64,000 bases of DNA from Podospora anserina (taxonomy: Eukaryota): contig CM030334.1 of assembly GCA_017654855.1 (NCBI GenBank), forward strand, positions 744,001-808,000, read 5' to 3'. The notes below the pieces were generated by a model that made no database searches, was not told the origin of the DNA, and saw nothing but the letters and a program-made list of their open reading frames with translations. Below are positions 50,400-61,247 of this stretch, piece by piece. Position numbers and translations under genes: made by a program. How positions within the stretch are numbered: the stretch's first letter is position 1; each line of letters begins with the position of its first letter.

Positions 50400-51051
50400 A
50401 TATTTAACCGTATATAGAAACGTTATTATAAAACTAAAGAATTTTCTGCCCTTACTTTACGAATCTTTTACTATAGTTCTACCATAATACCGTACTTTAC
50501 TTATTTTACCTCTAGAATCTCCTATATTAAAGTCTCCGGATTTTCGCGATACGCTAAGTATATACACCGTAAAATTCCATATAACGGTTCTAACGTTAGC
50601 TCCGCCCGTAAGTATATTTTTCTTTTCTTTTTATTCCGTAATTAACCGCTCAATAGTAACCCGAACGATAGAAGAGTAGGATAGGCTCGAGCGTAAGGAA
50701 TAAAAGTTTAAAAATTAATTCTCGTAACTAATTATTAAATTTATTTAAGTAAAATAAATATATTACTTTCTTTATATACGTAAAGAGCGTTTTTTTACGC
50801 GGGGTATTTAGGAGGAGGATACCCGGGTAATATAGTCCGTAATTGCGGCTCCGCCTGGTTTTTTACTAGGTGCTCCTACACGGCCGGACGCTGCTTAGGG
50901 CACCGTTCCGTAGTTTCTTTACGTTCTGGACCCTTCTTTAAGCCTTAATTAGCTTTCCGACCTTTTTTTCGATTCTAGTATAGCCGGTCCTTCCTTTTTA
51001 ACTCCGTAGGGTATTACTAATAGCGCGCCTTCTACTTCCTAAAGTAATTAA
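50400..51051 (+). pseudogene. RIP-destroyed antisense gene in Ty3 element: Zn(II)2Cys6 cluster + coiled coil (second, diverged copy)
   Basis: TAY codons at 50493, 50502, 50523, 50550, 50559 and 50580 give C-x2-C-x6-C-x8-C-x2-C-x6-C. A 49-nt intron lies at 50608-50656 (GTAAGT...TTAAC...TAG). Confidence 0.72.
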
Positions 51052-51259
51052 AACGTATAGTATTATTTATACCTAAGTCTTTTTATACTTTTTAACTTCG
51101 TAGTATAGTATATAGTACGCCGGCTACTATAATAAAAATATAGGTTCGATTTCTATCGAAGTTTTTATAAATTTAATAAAATTTAATAGGTTTTTCTAAG
51201 TTTAAATATTATTTTGCTCGTTAATAATACCCTTTTAACTTTTTTTTACGATAGTAAAG

Positions 51260-52070
51260 TGTGACGAACCCCTATATAGAACCTCTAAAAGGGATACGGG
51301 TTAAAGGTAACTTTTAATAATTAGTTCGGTGTAGCTAAACAGTATATAATAAGATATTTTAATATAAATATAAGATACTATAAATACAATTGTGAATTAT
51401 ATACTGCGGAACTATTTATAAGCTATTTAGTTCCTCCGTATATATAGACCTATGGATTATCTAGATCGCGTTCCTTAGCGGTAATCCGGATTATATCATT
51501 TACTTAAGGCTTACTATAATTACCGTGATCCTGTCGCTCCGTGTGACGAACTTCTATCCAAAACCTCTGAAAAGGATATTGGTTAAAGGTAACTTCTAAA
51601 TAATCCTAGTTCGGTGCAGCTAAATAGTGTATAACAAATGGCTTATCTCGATCACAATAGCTAAAATACTACGATTGTGACTTGTTATTATATACTGCGG
51701 AATTGTCTATTTACATTAGCTAGTTCCTCCGTATATATAGACCTCGTGCTAAGCTATAATTAGTCTTTTAAGACTATTGATTACCTCTGCTTAGTCTACT
51801 TAGTGCTCTAAGTATACTAATTATCTCTGCTCAGTCTGCTTAGTGCCCTGAGCACACTAATCACTCGTCCTCTACTGTGATTAGCTCTTTTATATATTTT
51901 CCCGATTAGCTCCTGCTCCCGTAGCCCCACAACCCGTCCTGCACTAGGGTTGTGACACTCCGCTTACCGGGATCACTATAAGCTTTTCGCTCCTCTTCCG
52001 ACTAGTCCGTAATGACTGGCTAGGGGCGCCCCGCGCCCCGTGCGTTAGTTCCTTACTAACGATTGTGACA
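51260..52070 (-). mobile_element. Solo LTR Ty3 family (U3 type 5), interrupted, no matching TSD
   Basis: TGTGACGAACC...GATTGTGACA with flanks TAAAG and GGTCT. Confidence 0.85.
51542..51957 (-). mobile_element. Solo LTR Ty3 family (U3 type 2), 416 bp
   Basis: CTCCG TSD on both sides; homologous to 9071-9486. Confidence 0.95.
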
Positions 52071-52908
52071 GGTCTTTATATATATATACCTTTACGTTTT
52101 TTATAATATTAATATTATCGATCGTTAATACGGACTATTATTATAATATACTTGTCGATAATCTCCGGTCGTTTTATTCGATATAACTTATCTTTAACTT
52201 TTTTTTAAGCCCGTTATAAAATAATTATATTAACCTTTTATTATTAATTATATTATAAAATATATTTATTTTAAATATTATAGTATAGTCGGTAATAAAT
52301 TAAGTTTATTTAAGGTTAGTTAGTCGTTTTTAGGTACGCTTACCCTCGTCGTATTTTTTTAAATACTTTTTTAATTTTTTTTTTAAAGCCTTTGTACGAT
52401 TTAAAGTACTTCTTAGTAATATCCTTCCTCTTGTTATACTTATTATCGAAATAGTTTTCTAAAATCGGCTTGAACTAAATAAATACGTTATCCTTAAGCC
52501 TAAACGCGGCGTATATTATTTTAAACTCCTTATCCGGGAAACAAAAAGGGTAGTACCGAAAGTAAGCTTTAAATTAGATTAGGAATTTCTTTAGCTCTCC
52601 TTTTATACCTCTATAGCGATCGGGTACTTCGAGCTTAGCACGCTCTCCCTCCTTACGTAAGGTACTAATCTTCTAGTAGAGTATAGTATTCTCCTGCGTA
52701 AGGGTATTATAAAAAAGGCGTAATTTATTTTTAAATTCTTAAATACGAGCGAGAAGCTAGTTAATAATAAGTTAAGTAAATACCCCTACTTAAGTATTAA
52801 CGTTTCCGACTATAGTATTAACTTAATACTTTTAATTTATTTATAATAAAGTTAAAGTAAATATATAACGTATAACGAACCTCTATACAAAACCTTTAAA
52901 AGGGATAC

Positions 52909-55900
52909 TATTAAGATAACCTATTGGAATAAGGTCGTTGAGAGCTTTGTACTATAGAGGTCTCAGGAAGGGGAAGTAATTACCTAAGGTCTTAGCGAGT
53001 TTCGGACTATACTACTAAATACAACGACGTAGTTATCGAAGGAAGAAAGTGTAATAGGAACTTCCTGCAAATATAAAGAAAAGTATATTAAAATATTATA
53101 GTTTTATATAAAGTATTATAAATAATTAATCTATTTAACTAACTTAATTTATTATTTTTCTTAAAGAAAGAAAAAAGTAAGAAAACTATTGCGATTAGAA
53201 GAGGGCTCTTTATAAGCACCTAAACTTCCTTATTATCCTTATCGCTCCCTATCGCTCGGTAACCCCAGTAGCTTAAATCTTTAGTTTAATAAAGTTATAA
53301 AGTAATAAACTTATTAATAAAACGCTTATATTACCTATAAAGCTTTTTATAGTTTAATTTTATAATTAATAAAATACTTATATTACTTATAAAGGTTCTT
53401 ATACTACGGTTTTATTATTCGGAGGTCCGGTAAGAAATCCTAGGAACTTAAAAACGCTCGAGCCTTTATAGGCGAGCCGTTAAAAGCTTAAGGGCGAGCT
53501 ACTATAGGCGAGCTATTAGAAACGCGAGTGAGGGAATTATTAAGAGTAATATAAGCGTAAAATTCTATAAATAAATATTGTAAAATCTATAAATAAATAT
53601 TATATTTTAATACCCCCTCTATAATTATAATACGTAATATATTAAAACGGCTTACTTAAGTTTAAAAGTCCTATACACTTAGTAAAGAGGGTTATTAATA
53701 ATACTTTTATAAGCCTATTAATAGGTATTTAATTAGTGGGTAAGTAAGTAATAATTATTATTTTAGTAGCTACTACTTCCTTAATTCTATACAACTTAAT
53801 AAATATATACTTTATTCGGTAATAGTATTTAATATTATATACCGTTTTAATAGCACCTTCGTTATTATATAGTAAAGGGGTAAGTAATTAAATAGATCTA
53901 TTAATCTCTTAAAATAATCCCCTAATTTATATAGTTTCCTTCACTCCTTTAATAAATACTATAAATTCGGCCTCGAGAGTACTATAAAAAATAATAAAAG
54001 TCTTTTTAGACTTTTAATTAATAAATTCTCCGGTAAAAATAAATAGCTAATTAAAGGTGGATTTAATATTATTATTATACCTTATTTAGTTACTATTAAT
54101 AAACTTAATAGGTACTAGGTTTCGGTTCGAACCGTAATTAATAACTAAATTTATTATAGAAAGTAAGTAAGAAATAAGTAATTTAGCTACCTTAAAGTAT
54201 ATTATAGTAGGAGCTTAAAAGTATTAAGAAAGCTATTAAATATTAAAAGCTATATTAGGTTTTATTTAGACTATAACATATATCGCTATATCTATTAATT
54301 ATTAATATAAATATTTCTCGGCTAGCGTTATAAGAGATCGAGAACTATTATTATTTCCTGTAAAGCTTAGACTTAATAAAAAAGTAATTAATTTAGTATT
54401 AACATTAAAGTAATTAGCAGCTTCGCTAATATAAACCTTTTAATAAATTTAAAGTCGCTGTTAAAACTTATTACATTTAATTTAAATATTAAGGAAGTAA
54501 CGAACTAAGCCGAGATCTTTAATATTATAATATTTATTTATAGCTTTTTTAAAAGCTTAAAGCTTAAAAGGCTCGGGGCTAATAAATAAATAATTATTAA
54601 TATAATTAATAATAAATATAATAAATTTTAAAAAAAAATATATAATTATATTAAAAATTAATAGTTTAAATTTAAAGGATTTAACTATAGTTAAAACTTT
54701 TTTATTATTAAAAGTAAGAAACTTATTTTAAATTATAAAGGGACTTCTTTAAAAGGATAATTTAGTCCTTTATCGGATCTTAATTAAATTACTTTAATAG
54801 TAAAATAGTATTTAAAGTACTATAAAAGTACTTACGTAGTCCTTCGGGTAACTTAATATATATATCGAAGTCCGTATTAAAGTTAAAAAAAGTTTTTATA
54901 AAATTTATTTACTCGATATTCTAATTAAAAATAATTATTAAAGTTAATATAATTCTCTAAATAGGAGGGCCGGTAGTAAATATATAAGTCTAAAGAAAAT
55001 CGATTCCTATAGTTTATTAGAATCTACGGACTATTAATCGGGCTTTAAACTTTATTATAATACTTTATAGGTTTTTTTTTTAAAGATTTATCGACTAGTA
55101 ATAGGTTTTTTTTTAATTTAAAAGCGGTTAACGAAGTAAAAAGTTTTAATAGTAAGGAACTAATATAACTTAATAAAAATTACTTTTAACTATTAATTTT
55201 TCTAAAGATACTTTAAAGTTTACTTAAAGGTATTAGGCTCTATAGTTTTAGTTTAAAGTATTATAGTTTTTTAGGTTTTAAAAACTAAATAAGTAATTAA
55301 TTTAATATAGTTTATTTTATTTATAGGTTAAAATCTTTTACGTTAGTTTTTAGTAACTTAAAGAAGAGGTATTTAATAATTATAGTAAGCGTAAAAAGTA
55401 TAATAATTTTAGGATCCGGTTTTAAAATAGATAGTTAAATAGGGGAATCTTTTAGATCCTCGGTAGTATTAACGATCTCTAATAAGTTTATAGGACTTTA
55501 TAGTCCTAAAATTTAAGTTTAAAGGTCTTTATAAAGTTTAATAAAGTTATTTTTAATAATTTTATTTAAATTTAAGTAAATTAAATAGGTTTAATAATTA
55601 AAAACTGTAAGAAACTTACCTTTTACTCCTTTAAAAGTAAACTTCTTTCTTTAGACTCACTCCTTAGTAGGGACGTATATAATAACTTTAGTCCTAATAG
55701 CCTTATAGTTAGTAAAGTTAGGTATATAAGTAAATTAATTAGGGAGTAATTTATTATAAAAAAGCTAGTAAAATATAATCTTTAATTAATTAAACCGTAT
55801 AATTAATTATTTTAATTATAGAACTAATTATATAGCCTTAAAGAGTAGGAGAAAGTCTTAACGTAAGTATTATAGTACGTAATTTATTTAAAATTATACG

Positions 55901-58900
55901 AATAGATTATTCTATAAAACTATTTTAATTAAGCGTGCGAGGGTTTAAAGTATTAAAATTAATACCTTTTTTAATAAAGTAGGTTTAAAGAGGGAAAACT
56001 TTTTTACTTCCGTTATAATAAAAGTAACTTAAATATTATTAAAATATATTTTTAAGATTTTTAATTATTAATCGAACGTTTATAATAATATTTTTTTTAC
56101 GTTTAAATAATTTAATTTATTTAAATCGAGTTTTCTTATCGATTAAAATAAAAGCGTAAAGAGTTTTCGTTAATAGTAAAAGCTTAATACAAATAATATT
56201 TCTTTCTAAACGGCTTAAGGTAAAAGGGGGGTTTTAAACTATTTATTTAGAAGGCCTTCGGAGGATTTTAGTAGCGTAATAATTTTTATAAATTAAGTTT
56301 TTAAATTTTAACTTTTAAAAGTTTAATATTCCTTTTATAATTAAGGAAGTTTTTTTTAAAAAATTTAAACTAATATAGTTTAAACGAATGTATTAAAGAA
56401 TCGTTAATTATATAAGTCTTACGGAGGGTCCTTTAGAAGGAAGTACCGGAGGAATAATAGGCGTAGGATCGATAACCTCCTTTAAAATATCTATATCTTT
56501 AAAGTTACTAAAAGTTTTAGTAAAATAAGCGTTAGATCTATAGATCTTTATTATAAAGGTCGAGTAATTATATTAATAATTCCTTTTAAGAAACTTCTAT
56601 CTTTTAATACTTAAAAAAAACTTAGATTTTTAGAAATTTAATTAAATAATTAACTTTCGCTTATTATTATAGATTTTTTAATTAATAAAAGTATTTTTTA
56701 AATCGTAAAAACGTTTTCCGCTTATAATATTTAATAAAAATCTAAAAATATAAAGGGCTTTAATAAATTTAATAGTAAAGAATTTAGGTTTTTTATTAGT
56801 AATTCTAATAAAGAAAACAATTTTTATAGTCTTTTAGCTTTATAACCTAATTAAATTATTATTTATTAAAATAATATTTAAATCTTTAGATTAATAAAGT
56901 TAGGTAAATAAGTCCCTATTATTATAAATATAAATAATAAAACCGGTATTGAATACTTAAGATTTTTGTAAAGTCTTATAAACGTAACTAGAAGGCTAAC
57001 TTTAATTAATAAAGTCTTTTAGTTTTTCCGGTATATTAAAGAACCTAGTCTTTAAGTCGAATCCAACTATAAAAAATATATTTATAAAATCCTTTTAATT
57101 AAAAAACTTTTATAATAAAACTTACGAATGTTCCTTTTTTAATTTATTATTATTTTTTTTACGTTTTTAATATTTATTACCGATAATGGGGGTACTAATA
57201 GATCCTTAATCCTTAAACTTATTTTAAAGCGTTTTACTTTCTTTAATAGTATTACGGCGTTAATTTTATAGTAAAGAAAGTACTTAGTAAATTATAAATA
57301 TTATATCCCGAATTTCGGCTAATAGGTTTTCCTAAAAGAAATTTAAATTTAAGTTTTTTCCGGAGATAGGTTTAAAGAATTATCGATAACGAAGTAAAAC
57401 TTTTAAGCGTTTATACTATTATAGAAAATTAGATTTTAAGGAATTTAAATAATAATTAATTTAATTAATAAATTAAATTATAATTTTTAAATTTAATAAT
57501 TTAATAATAAAAATATTAAACTTAACGTTAAAATTAATTATAAATATTATACTATCGAATTTTAAAGAATAATAAATCTTATAAAATTAAATTTTTAATA
57601 TTAATCATATTAAAGTATATTAAACTTTTAAACGATTAAAAATAATTATAAAGTAGTTTTTTATTTTAATAGTAACTAAAGGACTTTAAGTAAATAAATT
57701 ATAAATAATTAAAACTAAATAAATTTTTTAAATATTAAAAAGGATTAAAATTATTATTATTAGATTTTTAAAAAAAAACCGGTAACCTCGAGGATTCGTA
57801 ATTAAATAAAAAGGGTTTAAATCTATTAACGATAATTATTGGGACCCGTAAATCTTTATTTTTTGTTAAATTAAAAACTTTATTTAGCGAAGTCCTTCGA
57901 TAAGAGATTAGTAATTACCGGAGTAAATAATACTATAGTGGTTAATAGTATTAAATTATTATCCGAGATTATAGCGGAATTTAGAAGTATAGAAAGAGCC
58001 GTTAATAATTTATTAATTTAATCGTTCTAGGCTTAGATTATAGTCTAAAACTCTTCTATAATATTTTAAAGCCGTTAATTAAATTATAATTCGAACCGTA
58101 TTATAAATTATTTAATTTAAATATTAAAAATAATTTATAGATTTATAAAAGTTTAATTTACTATATTAAAGTTTATTTTTATTATAAAATCGTAAGTAAG
58201 GTTTAAAAAGTAAACCGTAAAAAGCTAAAGGTAACGTTAAAGGTTTATAATTTAGCTTTTTTTATTTTACTTTAAAAATATAATACTATAATATTCGCCG
58301 AAGTTAATAAATAAACCCGGGTTTATAATTTATTAAAATAATTTATTAAAATAAAATTATTAAGAGCTTTATATTATAGAGGTTTTAGGAAAAGGAAGTA
58401 ATTACTTAAGGTTTTAATAAGTTTCGGACTATATTATTAAATATAATGACGTAATTATTAAAAGAAGAAAGTATAATAGGAATTTCTTATAAATATAAAG
58501 AAAAGTATATTAAAATATTATAATTTTATATAAGGTATTATAAATAATTAATTTATTTAATTAATTTAATTTATTATTTTTTTTAAAGAAAGAAAGAAAT
58601 AAAAAAACTATTGCGATTAGAAAAGGGCTCTTTATAAATACCTAAATTTCTTTATTATTTTTATCGCTCCTTATCGTTCGGTAACCCTAGTGGTTTAGAT
58701 TTTTAGTTCGGTAAGGTTATAAGGTAATAAGCTTATTAATAAGACGTTTATATTACTTATAAAGTTTCTCGTGGTTTAATCTCGTGGCCGATAAGATACT
58801 TGTATTGCTTATAAGGCTTTTTATACTACGGTCTTATTGCTCGGAGGTCCGGTGAGGAATCCTGGGAGTTTAAAAGCGCTCGAGCCTCTATGGGCGAGCC

Positions 58901-59034
58901 GTTGAGAGCTTAAGGGCGAGCTGCTGTGGGCGAGCCGTTGGGAACGCGAGTGGGGGAGCTGTTGGGAGTAATGTGGGCGTAGAATTCTATAAATAAGTGC
59001 TATAAAATCCATGAATAAATGCTGTATTTTAATA
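52909..59034 (-). mobile_element. Full-length RIP-degraded Ty1/copia retrotransposon, 704-bp LTRs
   Basis: LTRs at 52909-53612 and 58331-59034 with GATAC TSD. PPT at 53613-53620 and PBS relic at ~58318-58330. The internal region is homologous (inverted) to 16516-21333. Confidence 0.9.
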
Positions 59035-59050
59035 GATACTAATTAAAAAT

Positions 59051-59672
59051 TGTTAATTTGTGGGTACTACTAAGTGCTTTACTTACTGCCCTACAAATTA
59101 ATATTATAGTAGGCAGTACTGCTATAAGCAGTAATAGAACTTTCTGGCTTGGATCCCTTTAGAATATTCTTTACAACGGACCTTTAAAGGCTTACAGGGC
59201 TACTGTAGCCTAAGGCTTAGTTAATAGATACTAGAACCTTCTAAAGTGGCTATAAGCTTACGTAGTAAGTTGCTACAATAGTGTGATTTACAGGGTATCT
59301 TTGCTACCGAAGGTTTTATAGATTTCCGTAAGTCTATACTAGACCCACCTAAGCCCACCAAATACCCTAGAGTAGTATAGGGGCTTCTAGGGCCTACAGG
59401 ACCCACAGTAGGCCTACGAAGGCCTATATATAGACCTCTCCTCTCTCCTATAAAATAATTCCTTTCTTTCTTTCCTTAAGGGCTAAAGTTTAAGGCTAAA
59501 GCCAAAGGCAATAAAGGTAATTTTTATTTTTTATACCTTACTATATTATAATGCTTTACTTTCCTTCGGCACTGCCGTTATATCCTCCTGCTTCCGCTTG
59601 CGCACTGCTGTATTTTACAGCAATTCTGTATAGGTTCTATATTATAGGCCTATTAGGGCTCACTAGCTAACA
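59051..59672. mobile_element. Solo LTR, ~630-bp family
   Basis: TGTTA...TAACA with AAAAT TSD. Confidence 0.93.
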
Positions 59673-59768
59673 AAAATAACTGTTAATAATTAGTTCGGTG
59701 TAGCTAAACAGTGTATAATAAGATATTTTAATTACAATAGTTAAGATACTACGATTGTGACTTATATT

Positions 59769-60400
59769 TATTAATGTGTGGGTACTACTAAGTGCCCTAT
59801 TTACTGCCCTACAGATTAATATTACAGTGGGCAGTATTGCTATAAGCAGTAATGGAACTTCCCGGCTTGGATCCCTTTAGAATATTCTTTATAAGGGACC
59901 CTTGAAGGCTTACAGGGCTACTGTAGCCTAAGGCTTAATTAATAGATACTAAAACCTTCTAAAGTGGCTACAGGCTTACGTAGTAAGTTGTTACAATAGT
60001 GTGATTTATAGGGCACCTCTGTTACCGAAGGTTTTATAGATTTCCGTGAGTTTACACTAGACCCACCTAAGCTTACCAAATACCCTAAAGTGGTATAGGG
60101 GCTTCCAGGGCCTACAGGACCCACAGTAGGCCTACGAAGGCCTATATATAGACCTCTCCTCTCTCCTATAGAATAGTTCTCTTTCTTTCCTTAAGGGCAA
60201 AAGCTTAAGGCTAAGGCTAAAAGCCAAGGCCAAGGGTAATAAAGGCAATTCTTATTCCTTATACCTCACTATATTACAGTGCTTTACCTTCCTTCGGCAC
60301 TGCCGTCGTATCCTCCCGCTTCCGCTTGCGCACTGCTGTATTTTACAGCAACCTTGTATAGGTTTTATATTATAGGCTTATCAGGGCTTACCAGCTAACA
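59769..60400. mobile_element. Solo LTR, ~630-bp family
   Basis: Same family. TSD ATATT/GTATT differs by one RIP-type transition. Confidence 0.9.
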
Positions 60401-61247
60401 GTATTATATATTGCGGAACTATCTATCTATATTAGCCAGTTTTTCCGTATATATAGACTAGTGGACCGTGGACCGTTAACTTATAGACGGTCCTCGGTCT
60501 ACTCTTGATTAGCCGATACTGGACCGTGGACCGTAAGCCCCGCCGCGGTCCCCGGTCTCCATCTTATTGGTCCGTTCCGTCCGCTTAAACCGTAAGCCCC
60601 GCTCGATCGCTCGGTCCAGCCCTGATTGGTCGTCGTGGCCCCACTGTCTTCCAGAACCGTAATATACCGTACTTAGCTTTAATATTTTATATAAGCGTAA
60701 ACTACTCGGTAATAACCTTTATATCCTCGCACTTAGCTCTTTAGTAATCGTATCTACGCGTAAAACGCGTACGGAACTATAGTTAGCGTTTAACGAAGTT
60801 ATATGGCCAGAGCTTACTAATAGGAGGCGCGTCGCGTACGTGTAGCAATTAGTTAGCTATATCTTCCACACCACGTAATCTTGGTAGGAAAGCTCGCGTA
60901 TATAGCTTAATAACGTATTAAACAATAGCATCCTCTTCGGATTAAGTAAGCTTCTTCGATTTGGGCGTAGTATCGCGTCGTGCAGGCCGGCCAGCGCGCC
61001 GACGCCCTAGAGTCTTACGATCGACTCCATAGATCTTGGCTGCGGCTCGTTCGCTTAGATTCTTATCGTTTTGAAGCGCTTGGAGGGCTAAAATTATGTG
61101 GGCTTCATTTGAATTAGAAGGCATCTTGGATGGTTGAGGAAATTGTTATTGAGTGCGAAGGTGCCATATTACGAAGGAAGTGGGTCACTCGCTTATATGG
61201 GTCACTCGCTTATAACATACGTTAGATGAAGATCACTGACTCATACA

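Larger units (their letters stand above)
49903..60664 (-). mobile_element. Ty3/gypsy element (U3 type 1), pol deleted, with multiple nested insertions
   Basis: TACCG TSD at 49898-49902 and 60665-60669. One LTR is 49903-50301; the other is in pieces at 52871-52908, 59040-59050, 59678-59768 and 60406-60664. Gag relic at ~52071-52820. Confidence 0.9.
48525..61222 (-). mobile_element. pogo/Fot1-type DNA transposon split by a 10.8-kb nested retroelement stack
   Basis: TIRs ACGTAT[A/G]TTATAAGCGAGTGACC.. flanked by TA. Transposase starts at 61124 (MPSNSNEAHIILALQAL..), with KAKYGI|..DIYNYDET spanning the insertion and a C-terminal CGVCGKPGHNIRTC knuckle at ~48740-48790. Confidence 0.93.
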
